Part shown: positions 45,701 through 58,700 of the stretch, piece after piece | How the letters are laid out: the number at the start of each line of letters is the position of its first letter | How positions within the stretch are numbered: the stretch's first letter is position 1 | NCBI RefSeq assembly: GCF_009914755.1 | Contig: NC_060926.1 | Reading direction: 5' to 3' (one strand) | Source: the human T2T-CHM13v2.0 reference genome, Homo sapiens | Length of the DNA: 64,000 bases | Position numbers and translations under genes: made by a program | Notes under the pieces: generated by a model | Told to the model about the DNA's origin: nothing | Database searches by the model: none | What the model saw: only the letters and a program-made list of their open reading frames with translations

Positions 45701-47716
45701 GATTCCATTTGGTGATTCCATTCAATGATGGTTCCATTCGAGTCCATTCAATGATTCCTTTCTACTCTATATGATGATGATTCCATGCGAGGGCATTCAA
45801 TGGTGATTCCTTTGGATACCATTCGATGATTCCATTCGATTCCATTCAATGATGATTGCATTCGATTCCATTCGATGATTCCATTGGATTCCATTCAAAG
45901 ATGATTCCATTCGATTCCATTTGATAATTCCATGCGATTCCATTCGATCGTTCCAATGGATTCCATTTGATGATGATTCCATTTGTGTCCATTCGATGAT
46001 TCCATTCAATTCCATCAGATGATGATTCCATTCGAGTGAATTCGATGTTTCCAATCAATTCCATTCAATGATGTTTCCATTCGAGGCTGTCTGATGACTC
46101 TATTCATTTCCATTCTACAATGATTCCCTTTGAGTCCTTTTGAAGATTTGATTCGAGTCCTTTCGATGATCCCATTCGATTCCATTCGATGATGATTCCG
46201 TTCGAGTCCATTTGACGCGTCCCTTCGAGTACATTTGATGATTCCATTCGAGTCCAACTGATGATTCCATTCAATTCCATTCTGTGATGTTTCCGTATGA
46301 TTCCATTCGATGATGATTCCATGTGATTCCTTTCGATGATGATTCATTTTAATTGCATTTGATTATGATTCATTTCCAGTTCATTCGACGATTCCACACG
46401 ATTCCATTCGATGATGATTCCATTCGAATGTATTTGATGATTCCTTTCCATTCCATTAGAAGATGATTCCATTTGATTCCGTTCATTGGTGATCCCATTC
46501 AATTCCATTCAATGATTCCATTCCATTCCATTCAACAATGATTCCATTTGGTGATTCCTTCCGCTTGATTCCATTTGATGATGATTCCATTCGATTCCAT
46601 TCGATGATGATTGCCTTCAATTCCATTCGATGATTCCATTCGATTTCATTCGATGACTATTCGGTTTGATTAAATTTGATGATTCCATTCGAGTCCATTC
46701 GATGATTCCATTCGATTCCATTTGATGATGATTCCATTTGAGTCCATTCGATGATTCCATTCGAGTCCATTCAATGATTCCATTCATTCGAGTCCATTTG
46801 ATGATTCCATTCGATTCCATTTTATGATTATTCCATTCGTGTCCATTACATGATTCCATTCGAGTCCATTCAATCATTCCATTCAATTCCTTTCGATGAT
46901 TCCATTCGATTCTATTTGATGTTTCCATTCGAGTCCATTTGTTCATTCATTCGTGTCCATTCGATGACTCCATTCGATTCCATTTGATGATGATCCCATT
47001 TGATGATGATTCCATTCGAGTCCATTTGATGACTCCATTTGATTCCATTCGATGATGATTCCATTCGTGTCCATTCAATGTTTTTGTTCTATTCCATTCA
47101 AGGAGGATTCCCTTCAAATCCATTTGATGATTGTATTCAAGTCCATTCAGTGATTGCTTTCGATTCCATTCGATATTGATTCCCTTTGATTCCATTCGAT
47201 GAGGATTCCATTCGATGTCATTCTAGGATTCCATTCGATTCCATTTGATGTTGATTGCATTTGATTCCATTTGATTATTCTATTCGATTATTTTTGATGA
47301 TGATTCCATTCGATTCCATTCAGTGATTCCAGTTCATTACAGTTGATGATGATTCCTTTCGATTCCATTCGATGATTCCATTTGATTCCAATCGATGATG
47401 ATTCCATTCGAGTCCATTCGATGACTCCATTCGATTCCATTCAATGATGATTCCATTCGAGTCCATTCAATGGTGATTCCATTGGATTCCATTCGGTGAT
47501 GCCATTCGATTCCGTTCGATGATTGCATTCGATTCCATTTGATGATTCCCTTCGATTCCATTCAAAGTTTATTCCATTCGAGTCCGTTTGATAATTCCAT
47601 TTGATTCCATTCTCCGATGATTCCACTGGAGTCCGTTCGATGATTCCATTCAATTCCAGTTGATGATGATTCCATTCGAGTCCATTCAATGATTTCATTG
47701 GATTCCATTTGATGAT
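42093..47716 (+). repeat. Macro-repeat unit with 683-bp deletion, 5624 bp
   Basis: CCACTCAAG, ATTACAGTCG and AATGACTAAA are missing. The ORF-stop spacing is 333 (43116-43449) versus 1016 (32086-33102). Confidence 0.87.
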
Positions 47717-50123
47717 GACTCCTTCCGGTTCCATTCCATGATGATTCCATTCGGTTCCATTACATAGTGATTCCATTCAAGTCCATTCGATGATTCCATT
47801 CGATTCCATTCGATGACGATTCCATTCCGGTCCATTCGATGATTCCTTTCGATTCCACTTGATGTTGATTCCATTTGAGTCCATTTGATTATTCCCTTTG
47901 AATGCATTCCATGATTCCTTTCGATTCCATTTGATATTGCTTCCATTCGAGTCCATTCGATGATTCCATTTGATTTCAATCAATGATGATTCGATTCAAT
48001 TCTGTTCGATGATTCCATTTGATTCCATTCGATGACAACTCCATTCGAGTCCATTCGATGATTCCTTTCGAGTCCATTTGATGATTCTATTTGGTTCCAT
48101 TCGATGATGATTCCTTTGAATTCCATTCGTTGATGATTCCATTCGATTCCATTCGATGATGATTCCATTCGCTTTCATTCGATGATTCTATTCAATTCCT
48201 TTCTATGATTATTCAATTCTTTTCCATTTGATGATTCCATGTGATTCCATTTGATGATGATCCCATTCGTTTGCATTCGATGATGATTCCATTCAGGTCC
48301 ATTCAAAGATTCCATTCGATTCCATTCTATGATGATTGCATTCGAGTTCATTTGTTGATTCCATTCGACTCCATTCGATGATGATTCCATTCGTTGATAT
48401 TCAATGATTCCATTCGATTCCATTTGCTGATGATTCCATTCGACTCCATTCAATGATTCCATTCGATTCCATTCAATGTGGATTCCATTCGAGTCCATTT
48501 GATGATTCTGTTCAATTCCATTCGATGATGATTCCTCTCAAATCCATTTGATGATTCCATTCGAGTACATTCGATTATTCCATTTGATTTTATTCGATGA
48601 TGATTCCATTCGATGCCATTCGATGAATCCATTCGATTCCATTCAATGGTGATTCCATTCGATGCCATTTGATGATTCCATTCAATCCTATTTGATGATG
48701 ATTCCATTCGTGTCCATTCGATGATTCCGTTCGTTTCCATTCGATGATGATTCCATTTCAATCCATTCGATGATTCCTATCGATTCCATTCGATGACTCC
48801 GTTCAATCCCATTCGATGTTTCCCTTCGATTGTCTTTGACGATCATTCCATTCGATTCAATTTGGTGATTCCATTCGATGATGATTCCGTTGGATTCCAT
48901 TCGATGAGGATTCCATTCGATTCCCTTTGATGATGATTCCATTCGATTACATTCGATGAGGATTCCATTTGATTCCATTCAATGATGATTCCATTCATGT
49001 CCATTCGATCGAATTACATTTCATTGCTTTCGATGATGATTCCATTCACGTCCATTAGATGATTCCATTTGATTCCATTCATTGATGATTCCATTCAGAT
49101 TCCATTCGATGATTCCATTCGATTCCATTTGATGATGATTCCATTTGAGTCCATTCGATGATTCCATTCGAGTCCATTCAATGATTCCATTCATTCGAGT
49201 CCATTTGATGATTCCATTCGATTCCATTTTATGATTATTCCATTCGTGTCCATTACATGATTCCATTCGAGTCCATTCAATCATTCCATTCAATTCCTTT
49301 CGATGATTCCATTCGATTCTATTTGATGTTTCCATTCGAGTCCATTTGTTCATTCATTCGTGTCCATTCGATGACTCCATTCGATTCCATTTGATGATGA
49401 TCCCATTTGATGATGATTCCATTCGAGTCCATATGATGACTCCATTTGATTCCATTCGATGATGATTCCATTCGTGTCCATTCAATGTTTTTGTTCTATT
49501 CCATTCAATGAGGATTCCCTTCAAATCCATTTGATGATTGTATTCAAGTCCATTCAGTGATTGCTTTCGATTCCATTCGATATTGATTCCCTTTGATTCC
49601 ATTCGATGAGGATTCCATTCGATGTCATTCTAGGATTCCATTCGATTCCATTTGATGTTGATTGCATTTGATTCCATTTGATTATTCTATTCGATTATTT
49701 TTGATGACGATTCCATTCTATTCCATTCAGTGATTCCAGTTCATTACAGTTGATGATGATTCCTTTCGATTCCATTTGATGATTCCATTTGATTCCAATC
49801 GATGATGATTCCATTCGAGTCCATTCGATGATTCCATTCGATTCCATTCAATGATGATTCCATTCGAGTCCATTCAATGGTGATTCCATTGGATTCCATT
49901 CGGTGATGCCATTCGATTCCGTTCGATGATTGCATTCGATTCCATTTGATGATTCCCTTCGATTCCATTCAAGGTTTATTCCATTCGAGTCCGTTTGATA
50001 ATTCCGTTTGATTCCATTCTCCGATGATTCCACTGGAGTCCGTTCGATGATTCCATTCAATTCCAGTTGATGATGATTCCATTCGAGTCCATTCAATGAT
50101 TTCATTGGATTCCATTTGATGAT
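47717..50123 (+). repeat. Heavily truncated macro-repeat unit, 2407 bp
   Basis: It has the same 683-bp deletion, a 52-bp deletion near 48150, and a ~3165-bp deletion near 49110-49140. Confidence 0.85.
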
Positions 50124-53100
50124 GACTCCTTCCGGTTCCATTCCATGATGATTCCATTCGGTTCCATTAGATAGTGATTCCATTCAAGTCCATTCGATGA
50201 TTCCATTCGACTCTATTCAATGATTCCATTCGATTCCATTCAATGAGGATTCCATTCGAGTCCATTTGATGATTCTGTTCAATTCCATTCGATGATGATT
50301 CCTCTCAAATCCATTTGATGATTCCATTCGAGTACATTCGATTATTCCATTTGATTTTATTCGATGATGATTCCATTCGATGCCATTCGATGATTCCATT
50401 CGATTCCATTCAATGGTGATTTCATTCGATGCCATTCGATGATTCCATTCAATCCTATTTGATGATGATTCCATTCGTGTCCATTCGATGATTCCGTTCG
50501 TTTCCATTCGATGATGATTCCATTTGAATCCATTCGATGATTCCTATTGATTGCATTCGATGACTCCGTGCAATCCCATTCGATGTTTCCTTTCGATTGT
50601 CTTCGATGATCATTCCATTCGATTCAATTTGGTGATTCCATTCGATGATGATTCCGTTCGATTCCAATCGATGAGGATTCCATTCGATTCCATTTGATGA
50701 TGATTCCATTCGATTCCATTTGACGATGATTCCATTCGAGTCCATTTGATGATTCCATTCGATTCCATTTGATGATGATTCCATTCAAGCCCATTCGATT
50801 ATTCCATTCGAGTCCATTCAATGATTCCATTAGATTCCATTCGATGATGATTCCATTCGAGTCCATTCTTTGATTCCATTCGATTCCATTCGATGATGAT
50901 TCTATTGGAGTCCATTCGCTGATTCCATTCGATTCCATTCAATGATGATTCCATTCCAGTCCAATCGATGATTACAGTCGATTCCATTCAATGATGATTA
51001 CCCTCGAGTCCATTCGATGATTCCACTCGAGTCCATTCGATGATTTCCTTAGATTCCATTCAATGATGATTCCACTCAATGCAATTCAATGACTAAATTC
51101 GATTCCATTCGATGTTGTTTCCATTCAAGTCCATTTGATGATTCTATTCGATTCCATTCAATGATGTTTCCATTCATGTCCACTCGATGATTCCATTCTA
51201 TTCCATTCGATGATTATTCCATTAGACTCCTTTTGATGATGATTCCATTCGATTTCATTCTGTGATCCTATTCATTTCCATTCGATGTTGATTCCATTCT
51301 TTTCCAGTTGATGATTCCATTCGTTGCCATTCGATGATTACATTGGATTACATTCGACGATGACTCCATTCTATTCCATTTGATGATTCCATTCGATTCC
51401 ATTCGATGAGGATTCCATTTGATTCCATTCAATGATGATTCCATTCATGTCCATTCGAATGAATTACATTTCATTGCTTTCGATGATGATTCCATTCACG
51501 TCCATTAGATGATTCCATTTGATTCCATTCATTGATGATTCCGTTCAGATTCCATTCGATGATTCCATTCGATTCCATTTGATGATGATTCCATTCAATT
51601 GCATTCAATGATTCCATTCGATTCCATTCGATGATGATTCCCTTCGAGTCCATTAGAAGATTCCATAACATTCCATTCGATGGTGATTCCTTTCTATTTC
51701 ATTCAATGATTCCATTCGATTCCATTCGATGATGATTCCCTTTGAGTCCATGACATGATTTCGTAACATTCCATTCGATGGTGATTCCATTAGATTCCAT
51801 TCGATGGTGATTCCATTTGATTCCATTCGATGATTCCTTTCGTGTCCATTCGATGACACCATTGGATTCCATTCGATGATTTCATTCGTTTCCACTTGTT
51901 GATGATTCCATTCGATTCCATTCGATGATGATTCCATTCGATTCCCTTCATTGATGATTCGATTAGATTCCATTTGATGATGATTCCATTCGAGTCCATT
52001 CAATGAAGATTCCATTCACTTTCATTTGATGATGATTCCATTTGACTCCATTCAATGATGATTCCATTCGATTCCATTCAAAGATTCAATTCGAGTCCAT
52101 TCAATGATTCCATTCGATTCCACTTGATGATGATTCCTTTCAAGTCCATTCAATGATTCCATTCAATTCCATTCCATAATAATTCCTTTCAAGTCCATTC
52201 AATGATTCCATTCAGTTGCATTCGATGATTCCATACGATTTCATTCGATGATGATTCCATTTGATTCCATTTGATGATTCCGTTAGATTCCATTCGAGCA
52301 TAATTCCTTTTGAGTCCATTCGATGATTCCATTCCATTCAATTCCATGATGATTCCATTTCATTCCATTTAATGAAGATTCTATTCGAGTCCATTCTATG
52401 ATTCCTTTCTATTCCATTCGTTGATTCCATTCAATTCCATTCGATGATGATTGCATTCGACTACATTCGATGATTCCAATCGATTCCATCCGATGATTGG
52501 AGTCCATTCGGTGATTCCTTTAGATTCCACTCAAAGACGATTCCATTCAATTCCATTCCATGATACCATTCGATTCCATTCATTGATGATTCCATTTGAT
52601 TCCATTTGATGATTCCATTTTATTCCATTCGATGATGATTCCATTCCATTCCATTTGATGATTCCATTCCATTCCATCAGATGTTGATTCCATTCTTGTC
52701 CACTTGATGATTCCATTCTTTTCCGTTCGACGATGATTCCATTCGATTCCATTCGATGATTCCATTCGATTCCATTTGATGATTCCATTCGAGTACATTC
52801 GATGATTCCACTCGATTCCATACGATGATTATTCCATTGGAGTCCATTTGGCGATTCCTTTAGGTTCCACTCGAAGATGATTCCATTTGATTCCATTCGA
52901 TTATACCATTCGATTCCATTCATTGATGATTCCATTCAAGTGCATTTGATGATACCATTCGATTCCATTCGATGATGATTCCATTCGTTTCCATTTGATT
53001 ATTCCATTCCATTCCATTCAGTGATGATTCCATTAGAGTCAATTCGATGATTCCGTTGGAGTCCATTTGATGATGATTCCATTCAGTGATTCCATTCAAT

Positions 53101-55709
53101 TCCTTTTGATAATGATTCCAATCGATTCCATTCGATGTTGATTCCATGGGATTCCATTCTGTGATTTCATTCGATTGCATTAGACAATGACTCCATTCGA
53201 TTCCATTTGATGATTCCATTCGATTCTATTTGATGATGATTCCATTTGATTCCATTTGATGATGATTGCATTCTATTCAATTCGTTGATGATTCCATTTG
53301 GGTCCATTAGATGATTACATACGATTCCATACGATGACGATTCCATTCTATTCCATTCAATGATGATTCCATTCGTGTCCATTATATGATTCCATTCGAT
53401 TACATTTGATGATGATTCCATTCGTGTCCATTCGATGATTCCATTCTTCTCCATTCGATGATGATTACATTCAAGTCTATTCGCTGATTCTATTAGAGTC
53501 CATTGAATGATTGCTTTTGATTCCATTCGATGCTGATTCCATTCCATTCCATTCCATTCCATTCCATTCGATGATGATTCCATTCGATACCATTCTATGA
53601 TTCCTTTAGATTTCATTTCATGCTGATTCCATTCAATTTCATTCAAAGATTCTATGCGAATCCATTCAATGATGATTCCATTCGATTCCATTTGATGATT
53701 CCGTTTGATTTCATTTGATCATGATTCCATTTGATTCCATTTGGTGATTCCATTCATTGATGGTTACATTCGAGTCCATTCAATGATTCCTTTCTACTCT
53801 ATTTGATGATGATTCTATGCGAGGGCATTCAACGGTGATTCATTTGGATACCATTTGATGATTCCATTCGATTCCATTCAATGATTATTGCATTCGATTC
53901 CATTCGATGATTCCATTTGATTCCATTCAAAGATGATTCCATTCGATTCCATTTGATAATTCCATGCGATTCCATTCGATCGTTCCAATGGATTCCATTT
54001 GATGATGATTCCATTTGTGTCCATTCGATGATTCTATTCAATTCCAACAGATGGTGATTCCATTCGAGTGAATTCGATGTTTCCAATCAAATCCATTCAA
54101 TGATGCTTCCATTTGAGGCTGTCTGATGACTCTATTCATTTCCATTCTACAATGATTCCCTTTGAGTCCTTTTGAAGATTTGATTCGAGTCCTTTCGATG
54201 ATCCCATTCGATTCCATTCGAGGATGATTCCGTTCGAGTCCATTTGACGCGTCCCTTCGAGTACATTTGATGATTCCATTCGAGTCCAACTGAGGATTCC
54301 ATTCAATTCCATTCTGTGATGTTTCCGTATGATTCCATTCGATGATGATTCCATGTGATTCCTTTCGATGATGATTCATTTTAATTGCATTTGATTAGGA
54401 TTCATTTCCAGTTCATTCGACGATTCCACACGATTCCATTCGATGATGATTCCATTCGAGTGTATTTGATGATTCCTTTCGATTCTATTAGAAGATGATT
54501 CCATTTGATTCCGTTCATTGGTGATCCCATTCAATTCCATTCAATGATTCCATTCCATTCCATTCAACAATGATTCCATTTGATTCCATTTGATGATTCC
54601 TTCCGCTTGATTCCATTTGATGATGATTCCATTCGATTCCATTCGATGATGATTGCCTTCAATTCCATTCAATGATTCCATTCGATTCCATTCGATGAGA
54701 ATTCGGTTTGATTCCATTTGATGATTCCATTCGAGTCCATTCGATGATTCCATTCGATTCCATTTGATGATGATTCCATTTGAGTCCATTCAATGATTCC
54801 ATTCGAGTCCATTCAATGATTCCATTCATTCGAGTCCATTTGATGATTCCATTCGATTCCATTTTATGATTATTCCATTCTTGTCCATTAGATGATTCCA
54901 TTCGAGTCCTTTCAATAATTCCATTCAATTCCTTTCGATGATTCCATTTGATTCTATTTGATGTTTCCATTCGAGTCCATTTGTTCATTCATTCGTGTCC
55001 ATTCGATGACTCCATTCGATTCCATTTGACGATGATCCCATTTGATGATGATTCCATTCGTGTCCATTCAATGTTTTTGTTCTATTCCATTCAATGAGGA
55101 TTCCCTTCTAATCCATTTGATGATTGTATTCAAGTCCATTCAGTGATTGCTTTCGATTCCATTCGATATTGATTCCCTTTGATTCCATTCGATGAGGATT
55201 CCATTCAATGTCATTCTATGATTCCATTCGATTCCATTTGATGTTGATTGCATTTGATTCCATTTGATTATTCTATTCGATTATTTTTGATGACGATTCC
55301 ATTCGATTCCATTCAGTGATTCCAGTTCATTACAGTTGATGATGACTCCTTTCAATTCCATTCGATGATTCCATTTGATTCCAATCGATGTTGATTCCAT
55401 TCGAGTCCATTCGATGATTCCATTCGATTCCATTCAATGATGATTCCATTCGAGTCCATTCAATGGTGATTCCATTGGATTCCATTCAGTGATGTCATTC
55501 GATTCCGTTCGATGATTGCATTCGATTCCATTTGATGATTCCCTTCGATTCCATTCAAAGTTTATTCCATTCGAGTCCATTTGATAATTCCATTCGATTC
55601 CATTCTCCGATGATTCCACTGGAGTCCGTTCGATGATTCCATTCAATTCCAGTTGATGATGATTTCATTCGAGTCCATTCAATGATTTCATTGGATTCCA
55701 TTTGATGAT
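50124..55709 (+). repeat. Macro-repeat unit with 692-bp deletion, 5586 bp
   Basis: GAATGCATTCC and ATTATTCAATTCTTTTCC are missing after ~50210. 6445 -692 -147 -20 = 5586. Confidence 0.87.
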
Positions 55710-58700
55710 GTCTCCTTCCGGTTCCATTCCATGATGATTCCATTCGGTTCCATTAGATAGTGATTCCATTCAAGTCCATTCGATGATTCCATTCGATTCC
55801 ATTCGATGATGATTCCATTCCGGTCCATTCGATGATTCCTTTAGATTCCACTTGATTTTGATTCCATTTGAGTCCATTTGATTATTCCCTTTGAATGCAT
55901 TCCATGATTCCTTTCGATTCCATTTGATGTTGCTTCCATTCGAGTCCATTCGATGATTCCATTTGATTTCATTCAATGATGATTCGATTCAATTCCGTTC
56001 GATGATTCCATTTGATTCCATTCGATGACAACTCCATTCAAGTCCATTCGATGATTCCTTTCGAGTCCATTTGATGATTCTATTTGGTTCCATTCGATGA
56101 TGATTCCTTTGAATTCCATTCGTTGATGATTCCATTCGATTCCATTCGATGATGATTCCATTCAATTGCATTCGATGATGATTCCATTCGATTCCATTCG
56201 ATGATGATTCCATTCGGTTTCATTCTATGATTCTATTCAATTCCTTTCTATGATTATTCAATTCTTTTCCATTTGATGATTCCATGTGATTCCATTTGAT
56301 GATGATTCCATTCGTTTGCATTCGATGATGATTCCATTCAGGTCCATTCAAAGATTCCATTCGATTCCATTCTATGATGATTGCATTTGAGTTCATTTGA
56401 TGATTCCATTCGACTCCATTCGATGATGATTCCATTCGTTGATATTCAATGATTCCATTCGATTCCATTTGCTGATGATTCCATTTGACTCCATTCAATG
56501 ATTCCATTCGATTCCATTGAATCAGGATTCCATTCGAGTCCATTTGATGATTCTGTTCAATTCCATTCGATGATGATTCCTCTCAAATCCATTTGATGAT
56601 TCCATTCGAGTACATTCGATTATTCCATTTGATTTTATTCGATGATGATTCCATTCGATGCCATTCGATGATTCCATTCGATTCCATTCAATGGTGATTC
56701 CATTCGATGCCATTCGATGATTCCATTCAATCCTATTTGATGATGATTCCATTCGTGTCCATTCGATGATTCCGTTCGTTTCCATTCGATGATGATTCCA
56801 TTTGAATCCATTCGATGATTCCTATCGATTCCATTCTATGACTCCGTGCAATCCCATTCGATGTTTCCCTTCGATTGTCTTCGATGATCATTCCATTCGA
56901 TTCAATTTGGTGATTCCATTCGATGATCATTCCGTTCGATTCCATTCGATGAGGATTCCATTCGATTCCATTTGATGATGATTCCATTCGATTCCATTTG
57001 ACGATGATTCCATTCGAGTCCATTTGATGATTCCATTCGATTCCATTTGATGATGATTCCACTCAAGCCCATTCGATTATTCCATTCGAGTCCATTCAAT
57101 GATTCCATTAGATTCCATTCGATGATGATTCCATTCGAGTCCATTCTTTGATTCCATTCGATTCCATTCGATGATGATTCTATTCGAGTCCATTCGTTGA
57201 TTCCATTCGATTCCATTCAATGATGATTCCATTCCTGTCCAATCGATGATTACAGTCGATTCCATTCGAAGATGATTCTATTCGAGTCCATTCGTTGATT
57301 CCATTCGATTCCATTCAATGATGATTCCATTCCAGTCCAATCGATGATTAAAGTCGATTCCATTCGATGATGATTCCCCTCGAGTCCATTCGATGATTCC
57401 ACTCGAGTCCATTCGATGATTTCCTTAGATTCCATTCAATGATGATTCCACTCAATGCAATTCAATGACTAAATTCGATTCCATTCGATGTTGTTTCCAT
57501 TCAAGTCCATTTGATGATTCTATTCGATTCCATTCAATGATGATTCCATTCGTGTCCACTCGATGATTCCATTCTATTCCATTCGATGATTATTCCATTA
57601 GACTCCATTCGTTGATGATTCCATTCGATTTCTTTCTGTGATTCTATTCATTTCCATTCGATGTTGATTCCATTCTTTTCCAGTCGATGATTCCATTCGA
57701 TGCCATTCGATGATTATATTGGATTACATTCGACGATGACTCCATTCTATTCCATTTGATGATTCCATTCGATTCCATTCGATGAGGATTCCATTTGATT
57801 CCATTCAATGATGATTCCATTCATGTCCATTCGAATGAATTACATTAAATTGCTTTCGATGATGATTCCATTCACGTCCATTAGATGATTCCATTTGATT
57901 CCATTCATTGATGATTCCATTCAGATTCCATTCGATGATTCCATTCGATTCCATTTGATGATGATTCCATTCAATTGCATTCAATGATTCCATTCGATTC
58001 CATTCGATGATGATTCCCTTCGAGTCCATTAGAAGATTCCATAACATTCCATTCGATGGTGATTCCTTTCCATTTCATTCAATGATTACATTCGATTCCA
58101 TTCGATGATGATTCCCTTCGAGTCCATGAGATGATTTCATAACATTCCATTCGATGGTGATTCCATTTGATTTCATTCGATGGTGATTCCATTTGATTCC
58201 ATTCGATGATTGCTTTCGTGTCCATTCGATGACACCATTGGATTCCATTCGATGATTTCATTCGTTTCCACTTGTTGATGATTCCATTCGATTCCATTCG
58301 ATGATGATTCCATTCGATTCCCTTCATTGATGATTCGATTAGATTCCATTTGATGATGATTCCATTCGAGTCCATTCAATGAAGATTCCATTCAATTCCA
58401 TTTGATGATGATTCCATTTGACTCCATTCAATGATGATTCCATTCGATTCCATTCAAAGATTCAATTCGAGTCCATTCAACGATTCCATTCGATTCCACT
58501 TGATGATGATTCCTTTCAAGTCCATTCAATGATTCCATTCAATTCCATTCCATACTAATTCCTTTGAAGTCCATTCAATGGTTCCATTCAGTTGCATTCG
58601 ATGATTCCATACGATTTCATTCGATGATGTTTCCATTTGATGATTCCATTAGATTCCCTTCGAGCATAATTCCTTTCGAGTCCATTCGATAATTCCATTC

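Noticed and set aside
53167-53691. Longest ORF (174 aa)
   Set aside because: It arises because the (CCATT)6 tract length puts two pseudo-ORFs in frame; the frame differs in most other copies.
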